Below, piece by piece: positions 1 to 8,842 of a stretch of DNA of 64,000 nt; the stretch's first letter is position 1; every line of letters begins with the position of its first letter. The stretch lies in contig JBOHAD010000002.1 in assembly GCA_050697555.1 (NCBI GenBank), positions 10,464 through 74,463 on the forward strand. Direction: 5' to 3'. The stretch is from Gaiellaceae bacterium (lineage in GTDB: Bacteria > Actinomycetota > Thermoleophilia > Gaiellales > Gaiellaceae). Under the pieces are notes generated by a model. The model was not told where the DNA came from. It was given only the letters and a program-made list of their open reading frames with translations, and did not search any database. Position numbers and translations under genes: made by a program.

Positions 1-152
1 AGAGCCTCAGGTACGGCTTCCGGGTGACCGTGCTCGGGGCGCCCTGCGACGCCCGCTGGCGCTCCGAGGCTGGGCTCGGGCTCGTCGGACCGCGCTACTT
101 CGGCTACGACGTCGAGTACGTCCCGGTGGAGGAGCTGGCCGCGCGCGGATGA
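1..152 (+). CDS. 3' end of an unidentified CDS entering from the left edge
   Basis: Frame 3 is open from the window edge with strong GC3 bias and ends at TGA 150..152. Only 49 aa are visible and the product is not recognisable. Confidence 0.4.
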   Translation, partial: SLRYGFRVTVLGAPCDARWRSEAGLGLVGPRYFGYDVEYVPVEELAARG

Positions 153-187
153 GCCTGGTGGTGAGGGTTCGATTCCCTTCGCCCGCT
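153..187 (+). repeat. tRNA 3'-half-like fragment (possible att relic)
   Basis: GAGGG-TTCGATT-CCCTT T-arm followed by the CGCCCGC acceptor strand. It resembles the 3' end of tRNA-Leu at 60826..60910. No 5' half is present. Confidence 0.3.
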
Positions 188-1456
188 CTAGTCCGGAGCC
201 TCGAGCGCGAGGAGGTCGTCGATGGTTTCGCGCCTCCGGATGAGCCGCGTCTTCCCATCCCCGACGAGGACGGCGGCCGGCCTCGGCACGCCGTTGTAGT
301 TGGAGCTCATACCGAGCGTGTAGGCGCCGGTGGCGGGAACTGCGAGGAGGTCGCCGCGCGCCGGTTCCGGGAGAGCGACGCGGTCGATGAGGACGTCGCC
401 GGACTCGCAGTGCTTCCCGCAGACGGCGTAGTTGCCCGTGGCGTCCTCGCTCACGCGGTTGGCGAGGAGGGCGCTGTAGCGGGCGCCGTAGAGCTGCGGC
501 CGCGGGTTGTCCGACATGCCGCCGTCGATCGCCACGTAGGTCGTCGCCTCGCTCGCGGCCTTGACGACGCCTACGCGGTAGAGCGTGAGGCCGGCCTGGC
601 CGACGAGCGAGCGCCCGGGCTCGAGGACGAGCTGCGGAAGCGGCAGCCCGAGGAGGGCCCACTCATGCTCGAGCCGGCCCGCGAGAGCGGCGACGAAGTC
701 CTGCACGCGCGGCGCAGGCTCCTCCGCGACGTGCCGGATGCCGAGTCCGCCCCCGAGATCGACGACGGCGGGCGTCCACCCGAGCTCGGCTCGGCAGTCG
801 GCCGCGAAGGAGGCGAGCCAGTCGACGCTCGCCCGGGCTGCCCGCGTCTCGAGCAGCTGTGAGCCGATGTGGAGGTGAACGCCTGCGACCTCGAGGGACG
901 CCGAGAGCGCCTGCGCGATCGCGTGCAGGGCGAGATCGGACGGGAGGCCGAACTTCGAGCCGTGGTGGGCGGTCATGATCGCCGGGTGAGTGTCGGCGTC
1001 GACGCCCGGCGTGACGCGCACGAGGACGCGACGGATCCCGGCCGCCGCCGCACGCGCGACCTCGTCCAGGGCGTCGAGTACGACGAGGCCCGCTCCGGTC
1101 TCCGCCGCCGCGCATAGCTCCTCGTCGCTCTTGTTGTTCCCGTGTACGACGATCCGCTCGCCGCGAACTCCTGCCTGCCGTGCGAACGTGAGCTCTCCCA
1201 GCGTCGAGACGTCCGCGCCGAGCCCCTCGGCCGCGAGCAGCTTCAGGACCGCGACGTTCGGGAATGCCTTGACGCTGTACGCGACGAGCGCTTCCGGCGC
1301 CGCGCGCCGGTACTCGCGCGCCCGGGCGAGCAGGGTCTGCTCGCAGTAGACGACGAGCGGCGTGCCGAACTCCCCTGCGAGCGTCGAGGCTCGAACGCCT
1401 CCGACGGACAGCTCGCCCTCGTCGGCTGCGGCGGTGTGGGGGAAGAGATCGAGCAC
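188..1456 (-). CDS. lysA: diaminopimelate decarboxylase
   Basis: The 422-aa C-terminal part of ORF 188..2308 has typical PLP-dependent LysA/ODC-fold sequence (AYSVKAFPN, HGNNKS, GSKFG, HLHIGSQ, DLGGGLG, EPGRSLV, CGKHCESGD). GTG start at 1456. The upstream 280 aa of the ORF are Arg/Ser-rich junk. Confidence 0.93.
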   Translation of the reverse strand: MLDLFPHTAAADEGELSVGGVRASTLAGEFGTPLVVYCEQTLLARAREYRRAAPEALVAYSVKAFPNVAVLKLLAAEGLGADVSTLGELTFARQAGVRGERIVVHGNNKSDEELCAAAETGAGLVVLDALDEVARAAAAGIRRVLVRVTPGVDADTHPAIMTAHHGSKFGLPSDLALHAIAQALSASLEVAGVHLHIGSQLLETRAARASVDWLASFAADCRAELGWTPAVVDLGGGLGIRHVAEEPAPRVQDFVAALAGRLEHEWALLGLPLPQLVLEPGRSLVGQAGLTLYRVGVVKAASEATTYVAIDGGMSDNPRPQLYGARYSALLANRVSEDATGNYAVCGKHCESGDVLIDRVALPEPARGDLLAVPATGAYTLGMSSNYNGVPRPAAVLVGDGKTRLIRRRETIDDLLALEAPD

Positions 1457-1715
1457 GGGAGCGGGCGCCGGCCTCCTCGCCGCCTGGGACACGGCCGCGC
1501 GATCGTATCCGCCCGACCGGTTGCACGCGGTTGCCGCGTCGCGACCGCGTCGAGGTGCTCGACCGTTCGCTCGAGGGTTGAAAGCCCGCCTGGGGCGGTG
1601 CGCGGGTGCGTGCCTATTCGCGGCGACTGAGGGATACCTTGTCGAATACCGCGCTGAACGTCGTCTCGCGGCTGCCCCGGCGTGCGACACTTTTCGCGGC
1701 AACGGAGGGGGTCGC

Positions 1716-2189
1716 ATGAGGACGGAGTCCATCGGGTCGCAGGCGCTTGCAGAGCGGATGCTGACCGACGCGTACGAATTCGTGCGCAGCGGCTGGTGCC
1801 AGGGCGCTGCGGCGCTGGACGAGTGCGGGCGGCCGATCGAGCCGGCCAGCGCCTTCGCACGCAAGTGGTCGGCGCTCGGAGCGCTCGAGAGGGCCTGGCG
1901 GCGTGCTCCCGAGCGGCCCGGAGTCGCGCTCGACGCCTTCCAGAGCGCGAAGCTGGCCCTCACCGCGGCGGTGAACGACGTCCCGCGGGTCTGGAACGAC
2001 AGCCCTGACCGGCACGAGAGCGACGTGCTGAGCGCGCTCGCCGAGGCGGTTCGACTCCTCGGCCTTCCCGCGGCGGTACCTCCGTCGGCCCTGGACGACC
2101 TTCTCGAGGACGTGGACGCGATCCGCCCCCGCGGGAGCCTCGAGCTGCAGCCGCTTCTGCCCCTTCCCGCCGAGACGGTCGAGCCGTAG
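1716..2189 (+). CDS. hypothetical protein (GW-QG...CALGAL-type small protein)
   Basis: ATG at 1716 is preceded by GGAGGGG. The 157-aa product looks protein-like. The longer ORF upstream of it is implausible. Confidence 0.6.
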   Translation: MRTESIGSQALAERMLTDAYEFVRSGWCQGAAALDECGRPIEPASAFARKWSALGALERAWRRAPERPGVALDAFQSAKLALTAAVNDVPRVWNDSPDRHESDVLSALAEAVRLLGLPAAVPPSALDDLLEDVDAIRPRGSLELQPLLPLPAETVEP

Positions 2190-2306
2190 GAAGGGCCGCT
2201 CGGGGAGCGGCCCTGGGGGGAGAGGTACGACGCCTTCGCCGGGTGTCTGGGCGTCGAGAGCGCGTCCTTCGGCGCCGAAACCGCGATCCCTTCCTCCGTC
2301 CGGCAC

Positions 2307-3419
2307 ATGGGTCAGGCTTGCGGAGCGATGGAGGAACGCGTCGTCTACATCCGCCCGCGCACGATCCTCGTCGTGCTCGGCATCGTCCTCGTCGCCACCG
2401 CGCTCTTCGCGTTCCTCTACCTCGCGTGGCACGTCATCACGTGGATCCTCATCGCGCTCTTCCTCGCCCTAGCGCTCAACCCCGCCGTCGAGTTCTTCGA
2501 GCGACACGGCCTCAGGCGGGGCCTGGCCTCGGCCGTCGTCTTCCTGCTCGCGCTCGCCGCCTTCGCCGGCCTCGCGTCGCTGCTCCTTCCCCCTCTCGTC
2601 GAGCAGGTGACCGACTTCATCGACGCAATCCCCGGCTTCATCGACGACGTGACGGCCGGCCGGGGGCCGCTCGGCTTCCTCCAGGACGACTACCAGATCG
2701 TCGACAGGGTGGAGGAGGCGCTCGAGACTCGCGGGGCCGGAGAGGTGCTCGGCGTCACGGCGGCCGGGATCGCCATCGCCCAGGGCGTGATCACCGCGGT
2801 CGTCGGCGCCGTTGCGATCGCCTTCATCACGTTCTTCATGCTGCTCGAGGGACCTCGCCTGGTGGAGCGCTTCCTCGGCTTCGTGCCCGCAGGCGCCCGG
2901 CCGCGCTGGGAGCGCGTCGGCCGCGACATCTATCGCACGGTGGGCGGCTACGTCACCGGGAACCTGCTCATCAGCCTCATCGCGGGGATCGCGTCGGCGA
3001 TCGTGCTCTTCGCGCTCGGGAGCGAGTACGCCGTCGCGCTCGCCGTTCTCGTGGCGGTGCTCGACCTCGTCCCCCTCGCCGGCGCCACGCTGGCCGCGAT
3101 CATCGTCTCGACGGTCGGCTTCATCGAGCTGGGCTGGGTGCGCGGCGTGACCCTCATCGTGTTCTTCGTCGTCTACCAGCAGCTCGAGAACCACGTCCTC
3201 CAGCCGGTCATCTACGGCCGCACGGTGCAGCTCTCCCCGCTGATCGTGCTCGTCGCCGTGCTCATCGGCGCCGAGCTGGTCGGCATCCTCGGCGCGCTCG
3301 CGGCCATCCCGGTCGCGGGCATCGTGCAGTCGATCGCGCGGGAGCTGCTCCGCTACCGTCGCGAGGTCCTCGTCGCGCCGGCCGGGCCGACCGTCCTTCC
3401 GGCGGAGGAGCCGCCCTAG
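2307..3419 (+). CDS. AI-2E family transporter (PerM/UPF0118)
   Basis: Multi-TM protein carrying the family-typical YQQLENHVLQPVIYGRTVQLSPL and AAIPVAGIV segments. The start could instead be the Met at 2328. Confidence 0.88.
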   Translation: MGQACGAMEERVVYIRPRTILVVLGIVLVATALFAFLYLAWHVITWILIALFLALALNPAVEFFERHGLRRGLASAVVFLLALAAFAGLASLLLPPLVEQVTDFIDAIPGFIDDVTAGRGPLGFLQDDYQIVDRVEEALETRGAGEVLGVTAAGIAIAQGVITAVVGAVAIAFITFFMLLEGPRLVERFLGFVPAGARPRWERVGRDIYRTVGGYVTGNLLISLIAGIASAIVLFALGSEYAVALAVLVAVLDLVPLAGATLAAIIVSTVGFIELGWVRGVTLIVFFVVYQQLENHVLQPVIYGRTVQLSPLIVLVAVLIGAELVGILGALAAIPVAGIVQSIARELLRYRREVLVAPAGPTVLPAEEPP

Positions 3420-3458
3420 GGCGTTTCAGGCCACAGCCGGTGGGGAGACACGGCCCAC

Positions 3459-3767
3459 GTGGATCTGGACGCCGATGCGACCCAGGCGGTCTTCCGCCGG
3501 GCGAACGAGGAGATCTTCGGCTTCGCCGGGGAGACGCTCGGTGACGAGCCGGATGCTCTCGCGCCGTTCCTCTGCGAGTGCGCCGACCGGCGCTGCACCC
3601 GCATCGTCCGGCTGAGGCCGGCGGAGTTCGAGGCGGCGCGCTCCGTTCCGGGGCAGTTCGTCGTGCTCGCCGGCCACGAGGGGAGGGTCGACGACGAGCG
3701 GGTCGTCGAGCGCGGCGAACGCTTCACGCTCGTCCAAAGGCCCGCGCGAGAACGCTCGTGTAGCTGA
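3459..3767 (+). CDS. small CxC-x5-C / GHE protein, paralog 1
   Basis: 102 aa. Shares FRxxNE...F(L/I)CEC..x..C...VRL..EYE/FE..R...F(V/I)..GHE...ER(V/I)V with the next gene. Confidence 0.6.
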   Translation: MDLDADATQAVFRRANEEIFGFAGETLGDEPDALAPFLCECADRRCTRIVRLRPAEFEAARSVPGQFVVLAGHEGRVDDERVVERGERFTLVQRPARERSCS

Positions 3768-3782
3768 CAAGATAGAGCCGAC

Positions 3783-4118
3783 GTGACGGAGCGCGAGGCC
3801 AGGCTGGCGAAGAACGAGGCGCTCTTCCGCGGCGTCAACGAGCGCGTCAAGGACGTCAAGGGTGAGCTCGGGGAGGCGGCCCCCGGCGCGAGGATCGAGT
3901 TCATCTGCGAGTGCGGCCGCGAGGACTGCGTCGCGCAGGTGCGGCTCACGCTCACGGAATACGAAGGCGTGCGGGCGAACGCGACGCACTTCATCCTCAA
4001 GCCGGGACACGAGACCGCCCACGTCGAGCGGATCGTTCGCGAAGAGGACGGCTACGTCGTCGCCGAGAAGCATCCGGAGGAAGCGACGATCGCGCGGCGG
4101 ACCGACCCGCGCAGCTGA
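3783..4118 (+). CDS. small CxC-x4-C / GHE protein, paralog 2
   Basis: 111 aa tandem paralog of 3459..3767. Confidence 0.65.
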   Translation: MTEREARLAKNEALFRGVNERVKDVKGELGEAAPGARIEFICECGREDCVAQVRLTLTEYEGVRANATHFILKPGHETAHVERIVREEDGYVVAEKHPEEATIARRTDPRS

Positions 4119-4125
4119 CCGCCGG

Positions 4126-4653
4126 CTACTCGCGGGCCGCGAGGGCAACGTTCAGGGCGGTTACGGTCCCGGAGCCAACGACGCCGTCGGGGTCGATGCC
4201 AGCCTCTCTCTGGAAGCGGCGGACGGCCCGGGTGGTTCTCGGCCCGAAGACGCCGTCGGCCGTCAGGCCGTACTCGAGGCTGACGAGTGCACGCTGAAGC
4301 TGGCGGACGCGGGCTCCGCTGTCGCCCTCTCTGAGCACGCCGTCCGCGGGGAGCCGCAGGCGCAGAGCCGGTTCCGTCTCGGTTTCGGTCGGAGTCGTCT
4401 CGGCCGGCGGAGCCGTGGGCGTCCCCTCCTCCGTGTCGCCGTTTCCCTGGAGAGCGACGAGCAGGATGACGATCAGAATGACCGCCGCGCCGCCGACCAG
4501 GGCGATGAGCCGGCGGTTCGGCGCTCCGACGGACGGCCGCGTTGGCCGGGGCCGAGAGGGCCCGGACACCTCCTCGGTGGGCGCCTCGAGCCAGTCCTCC
4601 TCCTCGGCGAGCCAGTCTTCCTCGGGGGGCTCTCCGTCCTCACCGCGCCGCAT
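4126..4653 (-). CDS. membrane-anchored peptidoglycan-binding domain protein
   Basis: Acidic N-terminus, one TM helix (LIALVGGAAVILIVILLVAL), a Thr/Pro/Glu linker and a C-terminal PG_binding_1-like motif (VRQLQRAL..LGY...DGVFGPRTTRAVRRFQ...G). Confidence 0.8.
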   Translation of the reverse strand: MRRGEDGEPPEEDWLAEEEDWLEAPTEEVSGPSRPRPTRPSVGAPNRRLIALVGGAAVILIVILLVALQGNGDTEEGTPTAPPAETTPTETETEPALRLRLPADGVLREGDSGARVRQLQRALVSLEYGLTADGVFGPRTTRAVRRFQREAGIDPDGVVGSGTVTALNVALAARE

Positions 4654-4725
4654 GCCGATACCGTACCCGCGCCGAAGGAGCGCACACGGGGACGCTGCAC
4701 CTTGCGTTTGCAGGGCCTCCCAGGT

Positions 4726-4780
4726 GCGCCTGCCAGGATTCGAACCTGCGACCGCGGAGTAGAAGAAGGTCTCGGGCGCC
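4726..4780 (-). pseudogene. internally deleted relic of tRNA-Arg(TCT)
   Basis: The reverse complement, GGCGCC..CTTCTAC.TCCGCGGTCGCAGGTTCGAATCCTGGCAGGCGCA, matches the acceptor, anticodon-loop and T-arm parts of the intact gene at 22730..22802. It lacks the D-arm and has a T-stem mismatch. Confidence 0.6.
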
Positions 4781-5717
4781 AGAGGCGCGAACGGAACTGA
4801 GACTTTCCCTGCTAGAAGCCTGTTTACGCCGTCTCGGCTCAGGCAGGGTTTCGGCCTTCGGCGGGTCGTGTTGTCCCCTTGTTGTCCCGTCTGGGCTGCC
4901 CCCGTGCGCCTCTACGCCGTCGCCAGTCTCGAGACCGGCCGAACGGGTCGAGGTCTTCTCCGCGCTCCAGCGATGATCGCCGACGTGAGAGCGGACGAGT
5001 CCGACCTCGCAGACAGGCTCACGGTCAAGACGCTCGACCTCGAGACGCCGGCCAACTGAGCCACGACGCGACTCGCGAGGCTGCTCAGCCTCTAGTCAGG
5101 TGAGAGTCGCGGCGCTACCCTCGGTGCGAGGGAGCCGGCCGAGGGAACGTTGAATGCCCCTCCACATCTGTCCCGAAGTGGCCGCGGGTCTGGCCGCGGG
5201 CCCTTGCGGCGGTCGGTTCCCTCGCTTTCGACTCGCCTTTCGGCTAGTAGTTCGAAGTCTTCTGCGTCCTAAGCTTAAGGGCGAGGGAGCCGATCGACTG
5301 CGGCCGGTTGGTTCCCTCGTCTTCCTGCGCTTGCTCAGAACAAGCCCGACACCGGCTCTTCACCAAACCGAAACCCACGTAACGGCTCGCATGCGCGAGC
5401 CTCTACCGTGGGAGTACGGGAGCCAGGCGCGATCTGGAGCGCATGGAGCTGGTACCCGCAACCTCCAACCGAACCTCCTCACGGGGCGCCCCGCGGCCAC
5501 GAAGAAGTGGGCGCCCCCTCGCCCCCTTGGGCTCCATCGCCGTCACACTTGCAGCGACGTAGCCCAAGCGTTCAGCACTCGCCGCGATCGCTCGTCCGGG
5601 CCGGACGATCAAAGTTCGGCCGGACTCTTTCGTTTGCTGTTGTCCGGTCTGTTGTCCCCTGAGAGTTCGTCTACCTGCCAGACAACACCTCATCTCGATT
5701 AGCAGGGACTTCGCGAC

Positions 5718-5790
5718 GCGCCTGGCAGGATTCGAACCTGCGATCCGCGGATTAGAAGACGAGTGCTCTGTCCGCTGACCATGCGGGTTT
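5718..5790 (-). pseudogene. decayed full-length copy of tRNA-Arg(TCT)
   Basis: The 3' 44 nt (anticodon loop to acceptor end) differ from 22730..22802 at one base. The 5' half has diverged, so the anticodon and acceptor stems no longer pair. Confidence 0.7.
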
Positions 5791-5799
5791 GAGCGGCCT

Positions 5800-5821
5800 G
5801 CGCGCCAGTGCGTGCGCCAGT
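5800..5821. repeat. GCGCGCCAGT-type direct repeats (candidate integrase arm sites)
   Basis: GCGCGCCAGT followed by GCGTGCGCCAGT lies immediately inside the left island boundary. The same motif recurs at 22601..22631 and 30391..30412. Confidence 0.5.
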
Positions 5822-5939
5822 CTTGCGCCCGCGAGTGCACCACGGTCACACGGCGCGGTCTCCCCAGAGCCGACCCGAGCATCGCGTCGCGCCTCCCCTG
5901 GTTGCCTGCGCGCGCCCAGCGCGGGGTGCTGTCGCCGGT

Positions 5940-6743
5940 CTACGGGTGGCCGACGAGCCAGTCGGTGATCCGGCTGGATGCGCCGAGTGACGAGAAGTCG
6001 CCCTCCTCGCGGATCTGCACCGCGGCGGCGGCGAAGGCCTCGACCGCTGCCCACGTCAGCGCGCCGCCGACGCTGACGCGGCGGCCACCGGCCTCGACAA
6101 TCTCGCGCAGCGACAGCCCGGGACGGGCGAGCACGTTGACCGGCTTGGAGACGGCCTCGCAGACGGCGCGAATCTCGTGGGCGTTTTGGAGACCTGGTGC
6201 GTAGAGCACGTCGGCGTCCGCGCGTTCGTAGGCCTGCAGCCGGGCGATCGTGTCGTCGAGGTCGGGGTTGCCGCGAATGAGGTTCTCGGCTCGCGCCGTG
6301 AGCACGAACGGGAACGAGAGCCGCCTCGCCGCTTCGCAGGCCGCGGCCACCCGCTCGACCGCGTTTGCGAGCGAGTAGATCGAGCCGCTCGGGTCGTAGT
6401 CCTCGATCGAGCCGCCGACGGCTCCCGCCCCGGCGGCACGCTGGATGGCGGCCGCCGCAGCGCCCGGCTCGGGCCCGTATCCGTTCTCGAGATCGACCGA
6501 GACCGGCAGGCTCGTCGCCCGATCGAGCGCGCGGACGTGCTCGATCACCTCGTCCAGGGTCGCGCCGCCGTCCGGAAGCCCGAGCGTGAAGGCGAAGCCG
6601 GAACTCGTGGTCGCGAGTGCCTTGAAGCCGAGCGCCTGCAGGACCCTGGCCGAGCCGACGTCCCACGGGTTCGGGATGACGAAGGCCGCGCCCTCGTGCA
6701 GCCCGCGAAAGTCCGCCGCCTTCTGTTCCTGGCTTCGTTGCAC
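5940..6743 (-). CDS. isocitrate lyase/PEP mutase family protein (methylisocitrate lyase-like)
   Basis: FVIPNPWDVGSARV, KALATTSSG, PVSVDLENGYG and GGSIEDY motifs. GTG 6743 has GAGGA upstream. The ORF continues to 6800 if the ATG is used. Confidence 0.85.
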   Translation of the reverse strand: MQRSQEQKAADFRGLHEGAAFVIPNPWDVGSARVLQALGFKALATTSSGFAFTLGLPDGGATLDEVIEHVRALDRATSLPVSVDLENGYGPEPGAAAAAIQRAAGAGAVGGSIEDYDPSGSIYSLANAVERVAAACEAARRLSFPFVLTARAENLIRGNPDLDDTIARLQAYERADADVLYAPGLQNAHEIRAVCEAVSKPVNVLARPGLSLREIVEAGGRRVSVGGALTWAAVEAFAAAAVQIREEGDFSSLGASSRITDWLVGHP

Positions 6744-7160
6744 GCTAGTCCTCGTCCTGTGAGGCTTGCCGACCAAGCCAGGCGAGCGTCTCCGCGGCAT
6801 TCATTTGCGGCGCGAACACGGGGTAGAAGACCCAGACGATGCGGCCAGCTTCGGAGATGAGGGTCACGCATGCTTCAAGCATGGCACTCGCGGCGTGGCC
6901 CACGCCTTCGTCTGCGAGCGTATCGCCGCCGCGCGTCCCAAGCTCGGGGGCTTCGTGTCACCAGACGTCTTGCAGTCTGGCACGGCGGCATACCGGGGTA
7001 CGCGCAGGGTGCGGGCTGGGCGAGCGCAGGGGTGGGCGGGCAAGAGGTGCGGTGTCGTCCGGTTCGTCTCGAGCGCGTGAGCGCTTCTCGGCCCGGGTCG
7101 TTCCGCGGTCCCGGAGAACGCCCACGTGGCCACGCAGCAGCGGCGCACCACGCCGGATCA

Positions 7161-8408
7161 CTACGTGTTAAGCGCGTGGAGCTTGCGGGCGAGCCCGGTG
7201 ACTCCGTCTCCGTGACTGACCCGGATGCGGTCCATCGTGAAGGGCTCGCTTCGCGAGGCGAGACCGTGTTCGGTCGTGGTCGCGCCCTGGTAGCCGGCGG
7301 CGCGAACGGCGGACACGACCCTTGCGTCGTAGGCACCGGTCGGGTAGCAGAAGAAGTTGACCGGGACGTCGAAGCGGCGGCGGAGGACTCGCCGCGACCT
7401 AGACACCTCGGCGCGTAGACGCGTCGCGTTCAGCCCCGGCAGGAAAGCATGCGTGAGCGTGTGCGAGTCGAGCTCCCAGTTCGCGGCGAGGAGCGCGCGG
7501 ATCTCCGCTCGGCTCAAGTCGCGCCCGTAGTGGCTGAGGGCGAGGTTGAGCGTCCCCGACCATCCGTGCCGGGCAAGAATTGGTCGCGCACGTCGGTAGT
7601 GGCCGTCGAAGCCGTCGTCGAAGGAGACGACGATCGCCTTCCTCGGCAAGGGACCGCCGTGCCAGTAGTCGTAGACGTCCTGGAGGTTGACGACGTCGTA
7701 TCCGTGCCGAGCCAGATAGCGCATCTGGGCCGCGAACGTGGACGCAGACACCCACAGATGGGTGAGGGGCGTTCCAGCCGGCGGGTCCCCGATCACGTGG
7801 TACATCAGCACGGGCACCCGTCGGTCATGCGATGCGACGATCGGATGCCGGCAACCCCTGCGCCAGTCGCCCGCGTCGGCGATGCAGAGGTCGACGCCCG
7901 CTCCGCCTGCAACGAGGTCGTAGGGCTGCCGGTCACGCGTGCGGAGCCGGTCGCGGCCGTCGCCTCCGAAGAGGCGGTCACGCCCGGTCGCGTCCACGAG
8001 CGCGTCGGAGCCGGCTCCACCTCGGAGCCGATCGTCCCCTTCACCACCCCGGAGCGCGTCGTTTCCCGCCCCACCCAGAAGCAGGTCCCCGCCGGGACCA
8101 CCGCGAAGGACATCGCTTCCAGGGCCCCCAGCAAGCGTGTCGCTCCCCGGGCCGCCGGTGATGAGGTCGTTCCCGGCGCCTCCGCAGATCACGTCGGACC
8201 CGGCGGTGCCCACCAGAACGTCGTCGGCATCCGTCCCCACGATTGTGCAGGACAGTCCCTCCACAATCGTGGGCTCACCTGCCTGCATGGCCGCGGTCGG
8301 CCGCGACGCCCTCCCGTCACGGTTCTCACCGCCCAGGCTGCACGTCGAAAGGGCGAGTGCTACTCCGGCCGCTGTCGCCAGCGCCCAGCTCGAGGACTTC
8401 TTGCCCAT
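7161..8408 (-). CDS. lipoprotein with RTX-type GGxGxD repeats fused to a polysaccharide deacetylase (NodB) domain
   Basis: Lipobox LSTC. About 10 repeats of the GGAGNDxLxGGxGxD type. C-terminal half has VLMYHVI, VSFDDG and HTLTH motifs. Confidence 0.85.
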   Translation of the reverse strand: MGKKSSSWALATAAGVALALSTCSLGGENRDGRASRPTAAMQAGEPTIVEGLSCTIVGTDADDVLVGTAGSDVICGGAGNDLITGGPGSDTLAGGPGSDVLRGGPGGDLLLGGAGNDALRGGEGDDRLRGGAGSDALVDATGRDRLFGGDGRDRLRTRDRQPYDLVAGGAGVDLCIADAGDWRRGCRHPIVASHDRRVPVLMYHVIGDPPAGTPLTHLWVSASTFAAQMRYLARHGYDVVNLQDVYDYWHGGPLPRKAIVVSFDDGFDGHYRRARPILARHGWSGTLNLALSHYGRDLSRAEIRALLAANWELDSHTLTHAFLPGLNATRLRAEVSRSRRVLRRRFDVPVNFFCYPTGAYDARVVSAVRAAGYQGATTTEHGLASRSEPFTMDRIRVSHGDGVTGLARKLHALNT

Positions 8409-8450
8409 GTTGCCAAGCTAGGCACGGGCGCTCAAAATCCACTCAATGAG
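8409..8450 (-). promoter_or_regulatory. conserved upstream element, copy 1 (putative promoter/operator)
   Basis: A 41-nt block is 31/41 identical to 9740..9780, including an AT-rich GCTCAAAATC core. On the minus strand it ends 0-6 nt before the ATG of 7161..8408 (TAGCTT-GGCAAC-ATG). Confidence 0.4.
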
Positions 8451-8842
8451 CTCTCTGGTGGGCCGCCCGGAGTGCGGAGCCTCTGGTTGGGGGACGCGCC
8501 CGACCTCGGATCGGTCAGGCTGCCGGGCGGAAGGATGGAGCGAGGGCTAGGGCAAGGCCCGCGCAGCCAGGCTCGAGCTCTCGCAGTTGAGCCGATCGTT
8601 CGGCCCGTCGGCGCCGCTGCCGGACCAGTGCGACATCGGCACCGCCGCCCCGCATGCGCGCTCATTCCCGCCACGCCAGAACCGTGGGTTGCGACGCATC
8701 CCCGAGCACGCCGCGCGCCTGGAGGCCGGGGGAGACGTCTCACTCGACTCGCGGAGACCGGAACTGTGCGCGCCTCCCTGGTGGCGCGGAGGGGCTCGGC
8801 CTGGAGCTGTTCGTCGGCATCCCTCGCCCGTCCCCTAGAACG

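Noticed and set aside
149-2432. Several long ORFs overlapping lysA and its flanks (149..862 +, 663..1526 -, 1243..1860 -, 1614..2432 -, and the N-terminal 280 aa of 188..2308)
   Set aside because: They are alternative-frame or extension artefacts of GC-rich DNA. Only the 422-aa LysA frame and the 1716..2189 frame give protein-like sequence with proper start contexts.
4800-4830. GGGAAAGTC on the minus strand resembling the RNase P RNA P4 motif (GAGGAAAGUCC)
   Set aside because: This is only a partial 9-nt match with no accompanying conserved P4 3' strand or other RNase P elements.
4726-5160. Possible tmRNA (ssrA) on the minus strand, because of a tRNA-like T-arm/acceptor end
   Set aside because: The acceptor is Arg-tRNA-like (GCGCC/GGCGC), not the Ala-type GGGGCUG...CCACCA. 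I found no GGUUUCGAC-type 5' end and no tag ORF ending in LAA-stop. It is better explained as a deleted tRNA-Arg(TCT) copy.
4868-5685. TTGTCC-containing repeats as DnaA boxes / a replication origin
   Set aside because: There are only about five partial matches to the actinobacterial TTGTCCACA box and no dnaA/dnaN/gyrB context. The region is flanked by tRNA relics, so recombinase arm sites are more plausible.
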